Shown here piece after piece: positions 14,190-30,106 of a stretch of DNA of 64,000 nt. Position 1 is the stretch's first letter, and the number at the start of each line of letters is the position of its first letter. The notes under the pieces were generated by a model. It had not been told where the DNA came from, did not search any database, and saw only the letters and a program-made list of their open reading frames with translations. The stretch covers positions 1,612,001-1,676,000 of the forward strand of contig NEEC01000004.1 in assembly GCA_002189035.1 (NCBI GenBank), read 5' to 3'. The stretch comes from Utricularia gibba (taxonomy: Eukaryota; Plantae; Magnoliophyta). Position numbers and translations under genes: made by a program.

Positions 14190-16433
<2,244 letters not shown>

Positions 16434-18623
16434 TCGCTCCTTTTGTATCGTCCGTCGTTTGTTTGCTTCTCGTTGCCCTTTTTTGTCAGCTGCTGTAAAT
16501 TACAACCCTGCTTTTCTTCCCAATTTTAAACTACTACCTAAATATTATAAAATATAATTAAAAATTATTAAATCATATTTAGTTGGCTTTGTGACAATTA
16601 ACTTTTTTGGGTGTGGTTCACAGTATAAATAATGTAATTTTAAGTTTTAAAATTATGTTATATAGGATTTTCAATTTTATATTTTTGTAAATAATTTAAT
16701 TTTAAATTTATGAAATTATATATTTAATTTTCATATTACAAAAATTAATTTGTTTTAATCTTAATATTGTTATACTGATGCATTAATGTAAATAATATCT
16801 ATAAATTTCATTATTATTTTTCTAACGATCTTAACATTGTTGAACTCCAACAATCATATGATGCAAATGCGATATAATTCTAACAATAGATTTGATAGGA
16901 ATGATAAAAGTCATATCACAAAATTTTATTGTGTTTTAAAATAGATATAATTTATAGGGTAGTGAATCAATTGAATTTTAAAAATTTTCAAAAATGTTGA
17001 GCTTTTATTGCACGGTTTTGACAAATTGAATTTTTTTTCATAATTTTAAAATTTGAGACTGAAACGTGAGTTGTTTTATTGTAATTTTCTCAAAAGTTTT
17101 ATTAATTTTATTCTAATACCTAATAAAAAGATGGACATCGTACCCACATTCTTCATTGTGTTGCCTGGTTAGGGTTTTGTGACCTAATTTGGATTTGACA
17201 CATCTCTCCACCCACGATTCATGGAAAACCCCCTTCAGAAAATAAATGCACTGAAAGTGGGATGAGTTGAAATGAGTCACCTTCCCACAAGGATATGCAA
17301 ATGAGCATGAACTACTCGCAAGGGATGGAATGAAGATCAGCAATTTCTTGTTTTTCTTTGGAGGGGTTTGTTTATGTCCTAACAGCATCATCATTCTCGA
17401 AACCATTGTCTGGTATGAGAAGTGACTGATGTTAAAGAAAGAAAAGCTGGGGTCGTTGTGTGTGTAGTGTTTGTTTAATGCGGGAAAAGGACAAGCAGCA
17501 TCCAATAATGAATGGCTGGCTACGCCACGACACTGCGGTGTTGTGCTGTAAAAGTGGGCTGCTTGGCTGCCGATTGCCGAATCCCATCCAACCCCTTTAT
17601 TCTGCTTTTCTCCCACACCAAACCTCAGACTGTATTCCTCATATTAAATGGGAATCTAATCTGAACTCCTTGCCCCACAGCTATCATCCCTTCCTTCCTT
17701 CCCTCTGTTGATATTAAAGCGATTATTATATGGTTGATGGATTGAGCGAGAGTTTTGTCTGGTTAGGACAGAGCCGCACGTTAGTAAATACACTTTTGAT
17801 GTTTCTTTTCTGCGGGTTGTTTTGCATAACCTCGAGAGTAACAAAAAGGAGGGGGTGGCATGGCATGATTGGAGGAAAGCAAAGTGAAAGTTTGAAGCTG
17901 CTGCGGCGATGATCGGGATCCAGCAGACGGATTCGTGACAACGGAAAGCCATCTTATCTTTGATGGCTCTTTGGATTTTTCGAAGAAAGTGAGTGGAAAA
18001 AGTGATACTATTGAGTTAATTCATGCTGCCCTTTAAGAAAAGCAGCAGCAGCAGAGAGTGTCAAATCTGCTGACACAATACAACTATCCGTCTATCTTGT
18101 TAAAAGGGAGAGCTGGGACAAGACCCTGCCCACTAACCAAACTATTCTCGCCCTTTTCCCCACCAGCTGCGCCACCTGCGGACTCTGGCTACTTGGTGTC
18201 CTTTGTATTTCTCTCTACTTTTGAGCAAGTATGTTTGCTTCAAGAGGGCCATGTCCTTGTGTTTCTGCGCAGGTTATTCATGTTTTCCTTCTTTACAAAT
18301 GCAGCAAATTCGTTGCTACGAGATCCCCAGATGTTGTCTTTGAACTGCGGATCAAATTTGTATTGATACACGTTGATCTAATGTGGAAACCATCTGATGA
18401 GCATTGGAACAACTGCAGAAAATAAAACTCATTCATGGTTAAGGAGCATTTACACTTGCTGTTCCTGGTTTTGCCCACATTCAGGCGGTTAGTTTCCATC
18501 TATAGGTTTGAAAACAGCTGCACAAAGAACGACCCTCCCATTACAAATGCAGTCAGCCTTCAGAGATTCTGTAGTCAAGATGAATGGTGACATTTGGCCA
18601 ATCTTGTATTGCATGATCCAGTG

Positions 18624-20527
18624 TTAACTGAGACCATCATCTGTCGTCATCTTCTGCATTGTAAGAGGACTCGGTGAGTTCACCGAGACGACATAATGTG
18701 GATCCAGATTCGACAGGCTCCCCACGCATATAGTGTCCCCTCTACCATGCCACATACCATCCCTGACATTGTTCATCTCCAGGGTCCTTGATTCCTGTCC
18801 ACATTTCAGAGGCACTCTCGAGTTTATAGCGTATTTCTTTCATGTTTCAAGATACAGAAAAGTTGGGTTGGAGGAAGGATAAACCTGGCACAAGGTACAG
18901 CAAGGGCATATAAGATGGTAGGCGAAATCGTCGAGGGAACTGCGACCGCCCTGCATCAAGATATATGTTCCATTACATGAGCTCAATAACAGAAACTATG
19001 CATCTTGCCGTTGAATCAAATAACTCATATATCTGTGTAAAACCTGACACACACTTTGCCTATAGATGAAACTATATGATCTTACTTGACACTGTTTTTC
19101 AACTGGTATGTTGCACAAATGAATCATATTTCAGAACTCTCATAACTAGCATCTGTATCAATGAATAAAAATTTTCATCAGATTCCAGCAAGCACAAAAC
19201 TTATAAGCTCCCTAATAACAGACTGCTGCTCTCTTCATTTTTGGACGCATTCCTGGTTTACTCTTACAATTGGCCTGCTTTGAAGTGTTGGGGACTCAGC
19301 AAATGTTTAGTAACATGTATTTAAAGCACTTTCTTGATAGCTAACGAGGTATAATGAAGAAAACCAAATGAAAAGTACTGCAGTTTGATTTTCAAACTAC
19401 GATAATTTAAAAAGCTTGGCCCTTACCTTGATATTGAACTTCTTCCGGATGTGCATACGGCATACTCCCATATATAAGATGAGAAGTGCACCAAAAGAAA
19501 CAGATAAATATAAGAAGCATTCTCTCTTGGTGATTAAGAATGCAAGCAGGCCAGCTAGGGCGAGGGCGACTAGAATAAAATGGATGAATCCCTGCATTAA
19601 ACAATGATGAGGCATTAAGAAAAGTTTTCATATCACATGAACTCACTTTACACGAAAAAAAGGAAGTGAAGTTCCTGGGACGTCTATCAACTCTTTGCCA
19701 TCTCAAAAATCGTGCCTTCGTGCCATATACATCTTACTACATACAACTAGTTAAGAGGAAAGACAGAATTCACTAGGACTACAGGCCACTGTAATTGAAT
19801 AGTTATCGAGTTGATCACACAAAATGCTATCTAGAGAAAGAAAGTGAGTACCTGGAAAAAGCAAGAACCGAGTCCAGCTCGTTTCATGTTCTTGCCGAAT
19901 CTATAGCACGGGCAACTGGAAACCAAAAAGAAAAATCATAGTACCCGAGTCCCTAATAACCATTCACATACAAAAAAAAGCATATATTGTGCAAGGTAAC
20001 ATAGCGAAGATTACAACTTTTCCTCCCCACTACAGGACCGAGAAACACATAAAAATTAAAAGAAAGAAATTATAGATAACTCTGTAGTACAGGAGGAAAT
20101 AGGAATGAGCCTACGCAAGGAGACCTACTCTTGAGCACACGAGACTAGCAATTGGATCTTTCTCCCAACAAAATAAGCTGTGGGCAGTTGGGGGTTTTTC
20201 CGAAAAGCACAGAAGGACAAGTTCAGAGAAATCCTGATAAAAGGGCAACCAAAAGAACGAAAATTGAGGAACTTACAACGTGGATTGAAGAGCAATTTCT
20301 CGATTATCAAAACAATCATGAATAAGCTCGCCCTCCCACATTCTAACCAGAGCTCCCCCACCATGAGTAACCCCCTCTTGTTGATTATTCCACAATTTCC
20401 TCCCTTCCGCCTGCAAAGCCACCGCCGAGCAAAGCATATCGAAATCCAGCATCGTCATCTCCTCCATTAACAATCGCTCCCCTTCCTCCAAGACATCTCC
20501 GCCACCGCCCCGTTCCCCCGTTGCCAT
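18624..20527 (-). CDS. PLAC8/Cys-rich family membrane protein (At1g11380-like)
   Basis: Exons 20527-20277, 19915-19852, 19591-19427, 18950-18885, 18794-18624. They give LDFDMLCSAVAL, RMWEGE, CPCYRFGKNM, HLICPCCTLCQESRTLEMNNV and WHGRGDTIC. Confidence 0.88.
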
Positions 20528-21477
20528 AACTTGTTTCTTCCCAATAAAAAAAAAAAAAAAAGAGAACCCAGTTGGGTACACGAAACAGGCAAAGCTTTAG
20601 AGGGGAAGTGGGGAGAGCCTTTGGAAGCAATAATGATGGTGGATTTTTTTTAACAAGCAAATAATGGTAGGAGAATAAGGGTGTGGATTCACCCTTGGAA
20701 AGTTGAAAGGCAAGTTGGGGGAAGAGATCAAGGCACAGAGTTGGCGCCATTTTAAATGCAAAGCCATGGCTGGCTGGCAGGCAGGCTGCCTTCCTGGTTC
20801 AACCAACTACCAGATGGAGCAGTTGACCAAACATACACCACCCCAATAATCTCCTTTTAAATAAACACAACAACAATCCACGTTCAATATTTATTTCGTG
20901 TTCAAAAGTAATTTCTCCTGTGACTGTCAACATAAAAATAAAAATCGAATCTTCCTTGAATGATGAACAGTAGCAACCCCTTTGCGCATTTATGAGTCTG
21001 GTCCTCGAAATATGTCGAAAATCTCGATTTGGTCCCTGAAATAGGAAGAATTACTCCTCATGGCCCCCAACTTGTCTTCGCTTTTCTGTTTGATTATCTA
21101 TCTGTCTATTTATCGGTCAGCAAAAGACAGCTGCCCCTTGATTGATTCTAGCATGTGCTGTCCAGTGGATTTTTTTTAGTATCATTTACATGATATTATT
21201 TTGTTTTGTATTTTAAATCAATATTTCAAATTATGTAGAATATAATTAATGTTGATATTTTGTGAATATAATTTATTTTTAATATTATACAAGAATATAG
21301 AATTATATTATATAATTTAATATACTAAAGTATTATAAAATTTAATATTATGATACAAAATGGACTACAAGAGAATCAAATTTTTTTGAATTGAATTTTG
21401 AGTTATACCTTCTTTCATTGTTTTTTTTTTATCAAATTGGTTTGTTGAGAATTCCTTCCAGATTATTAAATCTTTAT

Positions 21478-21728
21478 GGGCATGTTTGATAGGATAAAAA
21501 AGGATCAAAATTTTTTGGTGTTAATAAATTAGGATATTTGATAATTCTCATGATTTCAAGAATATTTCCAAAATATTTCAATAAAAGAATTAAAAAATTC
21601 ATTTTTTGTTTGAGTCTAACATATACATTACTGAAAGAATATACCGAACACTATTAATGTTAACAAAAATTTATATAAAAAATAATAATTCAAATCTTTG
21701 GATACTAATTCATCCAACCAACATGCCC
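21478..21728. mobile_element. Tourist/PIF-Harbinger-like MITE (~250 bp)
   Basis: Imperfect terminal inverted repeats gggcatgtttgatag (21478-) and ccaaccaacatgccc (-21728), AT-rich interior, flanks tat/tac. Confidence 0.55.
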
Positions 21729-22186
21729 TACGTGTTTTGGTTCAATAGTCATATGGTTGATTAACTACAACAAACTCAACTTTCGCTTTGAGTTTTTTAA
21801 AATTAATCTAAAAAAATTAAATATAATTTTACTATAAAATGGATAAATATTATAATTTTATAAAAACAAATAAATTTTTTTAATATTCGGGTTTTTAATG
21901 ACTACATTAACGTTTAATATCACTCTGAGGGTGAATTGTGAAATAATTGACGAATGCAGCGAAATTGATGTTAAAGGGTTACTTGATTATGATATGAGGG
22001 CCTGGGGATCGCGGAAAGAATGAGGGGCGCTTGCAAATTGAAATACTAACTGATTGGCGGCAAAAGCAGTCATTAGATCTAAACAGGAATGAATGACCAT
22101 CAACATACTCTCGCCTGGACGGCGCCCACCGCCGACACAGTGCCGAGGATACAAAGCGTGTAAATTGATTGAATGGAATCATGGGA

Positions 22187-24143
22187 TCATACTTTGCCGG
22201 CGCTCTTCAGCTCCACATCGGCGCCCTGAGGATAGTCGACTTCAGTCATGAACCGGGACCAGAACCAGTGGCGCTTCCAGATGATGACCATCTCCTCGAT
22301 CGGAACGTTCTTCGTCTCCGGTAGGAAGAAGTACACGAAGATCGTCATGATGATTACGAAGAAGCCGAAGAAGAGGAACAACCCGAACTTCATGTTGCAG
22401 AGCATTGCTAGGAACACTTGGGCTACGAAGAAGGTGAAGAACATGTTCACGGAGACGTTGATACTCTGGGCGGCTGACCGGACCTCCAGAGGAAGATTTC
22501 GCTGGGGACGAGCCACCCTAGCGGCCCCCATGACCAGGCGAAGCCGGAGACGTAGATGCAGATGAACAGCACCACGACGATGGCGTACCATCTCGGCAGA
22601 ACGCCGGGAACGCCGTTCACTCCGAACCTGACTCCGATGCAAATCGCCACCACGATCTACGGAAGGAACCAGAGTGCGTAAGGATACATGTGATGTGGTT
22701 CTTTGAAAAATAGGAGGGTTGACTTGGGAGAGTCATGTACCTGGCAAATGAGCATTTGGACGCCTCCTTCGAGGAAAAGGAATCTTCTGCCCCACTTGTC
22801 CACACCGTAGATTGAAACCACGGTGGCGGCAACGTTTACGGCTCCGGTGATCACTGCGGACATCAAGGATGCATCGGTGCCGAACCCGATTGTTCTGAAC
22901 AGGACTGGAGCGTAGAACATGATGACATTGATGCCAGTGAACTGCTGAAAGAAGGGAATGGCAATGGCCATCGTAAGATGAGGCCTGTATTTTCTCTGGA
23001 AGAGTAAGTTTCTCCATGGATTCTGAACTTTTCTGGATGCCTCGCTAGCAGCTACCAAGTCATGAAACTCTTCTTCAATATTATCGACGCCTCTGATTCT
23101 CCTGAGCTTATCCCGAGCTTCATTTTGCTTCCCTCGTTCGATCAGGGAGTTTGGTGTTTCAGGGAGGACTAAGGAGCCAATTGTGATAATCAGGGCCGGA
23201 ACAACAGCACCGCCTAAGCTCAGACGCCAACCCAACCGCCTCTTATTCTCAGAAACGCGTAGTTTAACACACTAGCGATCAGTATTCCGATGGTGATCGA
23301 GAGCTGAAAGCCGATGTTCAGCGCACCTCTGTATTTGTATGGCGCCATCTCAGAGAGATAAAGTGGTACAGACTGCATTAAAACAAGCACTCTCAATCCC
23401 AATTCATCAAGCAATCAAACCAGAAAAAAACAAATTAAAGCTGCTGAAAATGGATTACACGTCAGATCTACTGAAATTGTCAAGCAAAATCAAGGATCGG
23501 ACTACAGAACAAAGAGAATCCATCCCCGTTCAAGTAGATTCATGGACCAAAAAACCCAATGAACAACAAGTTGAGGAAACAATACCTGATTTGCAAAACC
23601 AATACCGAATCCAAGAAGAATACGGCCAAGGATAAGCATCCAAACAGCCTGTGCGAAACCGTTAATCAGAGCTCCGATCATGAAAAAAACACCTCCGAAA
23701 AGCATCGAAAGTTTCCTCCCGAACACCCTCGTCACCGAAGAAGCCACCATCGACGACAGCAGCGCAGCTAAGTAGAGAGACGAGGTGAACAAGGTCAGCG
23801 TCAAGCTATCGAATCTGCAGTACTGATTAGCAGAACGTCCAGTGTCTTGGTCAAATTGAACCTGCCTCCTGTGCACCGACGGAAAGAACTTTTCCAAGAA
23901 GGAATTATCAGTCGTCACACCACCTGGAAGAAAAAAAAAGCATCCAAATCAGAGATCCGGATCAAATCTGAAGAAACAAACAGTCGAGAGACAATAAGAA
24001 TCAGGAACCTGAAATCCCAATATCGTAGCCGAAAATCAGCCCACCCATGGCTGCTATTACACAGGTAACTATGACATACGCCGTCAGATTGCCTGGATAC
24101 GCCTTCCCCTGCCCGGAATTATCGACAAACACACCCCAGCCAT
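22187..24143 (-). CDS. STP1: Hexose/H+ symporter, STP1/STP12 clade; 3 apparent frameshifts
   Basis: Exons 24143-24009, 23923-23586, 23372-22741, 22656-22187. Motifs [61 protein letters not shown] and [12 protein letters not shown]. Frame breaks near 24135, 23232 and 22490, each fixed by +1 G or C. Confidence 0.9.
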
Positions 24144-24243
24144 CTTCTTCCGCCGGAAAACTCAGAACCAGTTGAAATTTCAGAGGGAGGTGGGAAAATG
24201 ATGAATTAGAGAGATAGAATAGCCCTTGGACTGTGGCGGACTG

Positions 24244-24946
24244 TATATATAGACGTAGCGGCAGCTTTCATTGCTCAGTTACCGTTGCCTAGTTTTTCTT
24301 AATTAAAATCAGAATTATCCGCCCATCGTCATCATATCCACGGGTTTGGGATCAATTATAAATTTAATTATATATCATACATTTTATATGTATTTTTTTG
24401 ACCATATGTCGACTTTTCTAAATGACCCACGATGTTTGTGTCTCACAGTTTATGATGTATGTTCAATTTTCTAATTGACACGAGAAATAATTAAAAAAAA
24501 TAATCCAAATTAATGATAATAAAAGTTTCATTGGCGGTAACAACCGTGGGGTCCGTGTGTTGAATTTGAAGCAAAAATTAAAGGTCGGGGTGTGAACGCG
24601 GCCATCCGGCCAACCGTTTTGGAAAGTCCAAGTCAACGAGGGTTACGATGACTAGATGACGTGTACCGCGGAAACGTTATCCACTTAAATTATTCCTCTT
24701 TTCGAATTTGAATTTTATTTTCCAATGTCACGCACTGAAATTTCAAGCCCACAACACAACCATGAGCTCCATGGGTTTGTGATTACAAAGAGCATCTTTA
24801 TAAGGTATACATTTCAAATGCAGGGTTCAGATTCTATGGATCGGAACGGAAGCCTGGAATGTGCCAACCCAACACGAAAACAAACAAACACAATATCGTT
24901 AAGCATTTGGGTTGCAATTCTGTACCAAAAACATGCATCCCACGTG
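24244..24946 (-). promoter_or_regulatory. STP promoter: TATA-like box, two TATCCA motifs and a G-box
   Basis: tatatata at ~24244-24251, TATCCA at 24335-24340 and 24678-24683, CACGTG near 24941. TATCCA and G-boxes are known sugar-starvation motifs. They are short, so function is only inferred. Confidence 0.35.
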
Positions 24947-26560
24947 ATGTGAACTGTAGAACCGGATGTGGGAAAACATCATTTGTTACTTAGAAGGGAC
25001 GATCGAAATATATATTATGAATAAATGAAAATAAGTATTGAAACATTATAAATAAAATGTGTGATATTTTTAGAAGGGTGTGAAGGAAGGAAGAGGCTAT
25101 GAGATAAATAGAGTTGTATTAAAAAATGGAAGATTATAACAAATAATATTATATTGAAAAATAAAATTGAAATGTTTAATTATATATAAAATTATAAAAA
25201 TATTAATAATTGATTAATATTAATTTTTTAAATATGATTCCAATTTTTTATGTATTTGAATTTTACGTGTATTCTTTATCCATTGTATTATTAATTTGGA
25301 GTAGGAAAACGAAGTTTGCGTTTGAGAGCAAGGTTGGGGTGTGGAAGTGAGAATTCCTGATACACACCGACACTTTTGTTTCACGTGATTTTTACAAAGG
25401 GATAACAATAATGGAGTTGACTGGTAGGAGGATGAGGAAGAAGAGGAGTTCGGTTTTACAGCGTACAGGGTGTAGTACAGTCTACGACGAGGAGATCCCG
25501 ACTCCGACTCCGACTCCGATTCCGACAGGACATCTAGGTGGCTACGTGTCATCGTGTGGACATTCGGGTTGGGTGGAGGTGGAATTCAAAGGAGCCCCTG
25601 GCGTGACTTCCAATGTTCACACATCACACTCCCAGTCCCCTACCTTTGGGGTGCCGTGAGATGTCGTCTGCTGTTTATGATGATCCAGAGATGGGGATGG
25701 GGGAGGCCGCCGCCGCCGCACAACAAAGGAAAAAACTGATACTTGATCATCCAGACACGTAACTGTTGCTGTTGCTGTTGCTGCTGCGGGTGTATGTGGT
25801 GGCATCCTGATTAAATAATTAATATGTCATTTAACTAATGGGAACTCATTGCTACTGGTTAATTAATTGTGTTGACGTTTGTTACGATAATAGAATAACA
25901 TAAACGTCAGTTGTACTTAAAATGTCTTATTTATAATTTTATTTAAAAAAGAATGACAATTGTATTTGAAGGACGGTGACAGGCATCAAATATCTCTCTA
26001 TCTTTGGCAGTTCTATTCCCAGTCCGCACGCCATTCATTTAATTTTGGAAAAGTCGCAGGACGAGAAGTTGGTTGTTTGTACTCGTATCCATGGGCCGGA
26101 CCGGACCGGACATCATGCTTGTCAAACTGGATAGCCGGCCGCTGGATCAAAATTCCAATTTGGTATGTTTTTCAAAGTGGTGATATAATCACAATTAATT
26201 AGAATCATATGAGATGTGAATGGAATATACTATTAATAGGAGTATTATTAGATTTGTCGAAATTTAGATACAAATACGAAAAATTCTAATATGAAATTTG
26301 ATTGAATTTGAAATTAAAGTCAATTTACGGTGTTATTTCATTTTGTAAAAATTTTAAAGATTGTTAGAATTTTGGTTATGCGATTTTAACATATTTTTTT
26401 TTATAATTTTAAAATTTGAAGATTTAATTATTTATATTAATAGAAATTTGAGATGTTTTTATTACAATTTTATATTTTTTTAATTGCGAATTTGTACTGA
26501 AAACCCTTTTATTTTGTTTTATTTTATATTTATTTGTGAATCGGGGGAAGGAACTGGTAC

Positions 26561-28482
26561 ATGAACACTGCAAAATGTGTAATCCGAAGGCTGGGCTGTT
26601 CTCTGGGGGCTCCGATTTCATCGCGCCGATGCTTCTCTTTGTTTTCTCCAGTATGTTTGAGGGGCTTCTCTGCGGTGGGAGATTTAGAACTGATTGGGGC
26701 GTTATCTTCTTGCGCCAAACAGCGGAATCTCACTCTGGGTTCCGCACTTCACGCCTGCATCATCAAGAACCCTCCGTTTTGTGACTTTCATGACTATATA
26801 AGACCTACGGATGTGGTGATATGCAACTCCTTGATCCACGTCTACTGTGAGTGCGGTGCTCTGAATGACGCCTATAAGATGTTTGATGATATGCCTACTA
26901 GAGACACCGTGTCATGGAATTCAATGATTTCAGGTTTCATGAGGCATGGTGAATTACACGAGGGATTTCATCTATTCAAAATGTTGTTGACCTCTGGTAG
27001 TTGTCAGTTAGACAACGCCACCCTGACCACGATGCTTTCGGTGTGGGGAAAGTGGAAGTGGTTAATGAGTTAAAGATGATGCACGGTTTGGTAATCTGCT
27101 ATGGATACGAGAAGGAAATGACAGTGGGAATGCGCTGACAACTTCTTACTTCAAATGTCGAGACTGTCAGTCCGGGATGCTTGTCTTCCATGAGATGGTG
27201 AAGAAGAATGTGGTGACTTGGACAGCAGCTATTTCCGGTCTTGGACAAAATGGGCTTCACAGTCAAAGTTTGAAGCTTTTCGTTGAAATGCAACACAGTG
27301 ATGTCACTCCTAATTCTTTGACTTATTTAGGTGCAATATCAGCTTGCTCTGGGCTGCAGGGGTCCGGGAAGGTGCTCAACTTCATGGTATTGTTGTGAAA
27401 TTGGGGATTCATTCAGACGCTTTCATTGAAAGCGCTTTGATGGACATGTACTCAAAGTCTGGCTGCATGGAAGAAGTGTTGCAGATTTTTGAATCTGCAG
27501 AGAATCTTGATGAGGTATCTATAACTGTAATACTTGTTTGCTTTGCACAGAACGGTTTTGAAGAAGAAGCCGTGAAGATTTTTATGAAGATGGTGAAGGA
27601 AGATGCGAATATTGATCCAAGTATGGTATCTGTCGTTCTCGGAGTACTTGGTCTTGGAGCTTCTCTTGGTTTGGGCACACAAACTCATTGTTTGTGTTTG
27701 AAGAGAGGCCTTGATTGCAACATCTACGTTAACAATGGCTTGATCAATATGTATTCAAAATGTGGCAAGTTGGAAGAATCTGTCAAAGTCTTCAAATGCA
27801 CGCCTTTCAAGAATCAAGTATCATGGAACTCCACAATCGCAGCTTTTGCTCGCCATGGTCACGGGAAGGAAGCACTGAAACTTTATGAACAAATGAGATT
27901 GGAAGGCGTAGAACCTACTGACGTCACATTTGTATCCTTGCTTCATGCCTGTAGCCATGTAGGACTCCTGCACAAGGGCTTGAATTTCTTAGAGTCAATG
28001 GAAATAACACATGGAATACACCCCGTATGGAGCATTATGCTTGTGTAGTCGACATGTTTGGCCGAGCAGGGCTCTTGAAAGAAGCTAAGGACTTCATCGA
28101 GAAACTTCCACTGAAACCTGATGCTCTCATATGGCAAGTATTGCTTGGTGCCTGTGGAATCCATGGGGATACTGAGATCGGGCAGTATGCAGCCGATCAG
28201 TTGGCTTTGGCCGAACCTGATAGTCCAGTACCTTTTGTCTCCATGGCAAACATATACTCCTCGACGGGACGTTGGAGTGAACGAGCACTGACATTGAAGA
28301 GAATGAAGGAGAAGGGAGTGATGAAAGAAACTGGGGTAAGTTGGATCGAGATAGACAAGAAGCTCCATAAGTTTGTTGTGGCAGATGACATGCACCCACA
28401 GGGTGATGATGTGTATGACGCCCTGTTCCATCTTCTTTTACACATGAACGATGAAGAAGACCCTCTTCCTCAGCTCATCTAG
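26561..28482 (+). CDS. PLS-class E-domain PPR protein (At3g05340-like); 4 apparent frameshifts
   Basis: Single exon with repeated PPR motifs ([61 protein letters not shown]) and an E/E+ end ([10 protein letters not shown]...HPQ). Frame breaks near 27052, 27126, 27360 and 28022. Confidence 0.9.
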
Positions 28483-28922
28483 CTCTCTCCCTTGCTGTAC
28501 TCTTCGCACTCAGATGTTGAACATGTTACTCATAAACCTGACAAAACCCGACTCGAAGTACATGGAACCGGGTAAAAAACCGATGGCATAGCTATCTTAT
28601 TATGCTTCATTTTATTTAGTTTTGGAATCTTCTTGGTTAAAATTCAATAACTATCTTCATGTTTTTCATTCTGTACGTGAATCAGTGTTGTGGTAATAGC
28701 TTAAAATAGTGCAGCTACATTTACTATTTATGAATGTTTTTTTTTTCATCTCACGACCTGACCGTACATATTTTGAATGGTTTAGAACGAAGGCCGCGAG
28801 GAAAAATGGAGGGAGGAGCGTTCTTTGCCAGCTCCATATAAACTCCGACAGAGGGACTGGAGATAGATCACAAGGAGAAGCGAGGGCGCTAATAAGTGCT
28901 CGGAAATCAAATCGACGGCGAA

Positions 28923-29899
28923 ATGGAAGACGACATTGAGCTTGGGAATGACCCAACAACAAATGCCGTCGATGAAGTCGACTTCCTCCGGGAAGACATC
29001 AACGCCGTCGAGGAACTCTTTGCCCGCCTCCTTGAATCCAGTGACCATATCAAGAATGCTCAATCCACCTCCGCCATGAAGCAGATCCGAGCACTCGTCA
29101 ACGACTACCTGGATCATCTACTCAAGACTGCGAAGCAAATCGACAAGAAGTTTGGTGTTCTTCTTCTCAACCATCGCCGCGCCGGATCTGCTGATCAGCA
29201 GGACTTTTCCGGGATCGCAGATGACATCAATCAAATCATGCGCAACTTCCAGGGTCTAAGAGCCCAAATGGAAGCTGATCAACGGCAAACTATCGAGGCC
29301 AGGTATGTGTTCACCTTCTTCCCTGCACTTGCCACCAAGACAATCGTACTGAGAATGAACGGAAAATAGGTACTTCGCCATCACCGGAGAGAAAGGGACG
29401 TCGGAGGCAATCGATCATCTCATCGCAACCCATGCCCCAGGTACTCATCTCCATGGTGCACTGCTGGACCAAGGAAGAGGCGCCATCTTAGAAGCGGTGG
29501 CAGAGGTTGAGGAACGCCGAGACTTGATGATGGAGTTGCGTAGGAGTTTGATCAATTTGCATCAGATTCTGTTGGGCATCTCCCGGCCGGTAGCAGCAGA
29601 ACAACCAGGCAATGCGGCGGCGATGGAACAGCAGCATCCACCGAAGTCACTCCCACCACAAGCCGGTGCCAAGACTGGTGGAAATGGTGGCCTGAATGAC
29701 TACGAGAAGGAGACTCGGAAGCAAGCGTACATCGCCATTGGAATTGCTTTGATCATCAACATCTCTGTGGTCATCTTGCTTCTCAATGGTGAAGCAAGAG
29801 TTGAGAACGGTAAGAAGCTCCTACCTCCAGATTTCTGTTCAGTTCATGCGCTTCTTCTCCAATGCTAACTGGACCCTTTGTTGCTCTTCTCCAGGTTGA
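28923..29899 (+). CDS. Divergent syntaxin (SYP12-like Qa-SNARE) with a degenerate SNARE helix
   Basis: Exons 28923-29302, 29370-29809, 29895-29899. Habc-like helices, then RYFAITGEKGTSEAIDHLI, DQGRGAILEAVAEVEERRD and LINLHQILL, plus a C-terminal TM segment (AYIAIGIALIINISVVILLL). Confidence 0.75.
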
Positions 29900-30106
29900 C
29901 ACTCACCATATGGTCATTTAGAAATCCTAAATTGTTACATTTTTTCCATTTTCTAAGAACAAGTTAGATTGGTTTATCATATCCCACTTCCAGCTAGTTA
30001 AAAGTCTCACAAACAAGGAATGATACCAGAAACTTGATGACTTTATAAAGATGAAATACATGGAAAGCTCTTTGCAAAATACAAGTCATTCTACATGAAT
30101 CTGAAA

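Noticed and set aside
17893-17914. TGAAGCTGCTGCGGCGATGATC resembling miR167
   Set aside because: The centre differs and is longer, and no complementary star sequence is nearby.
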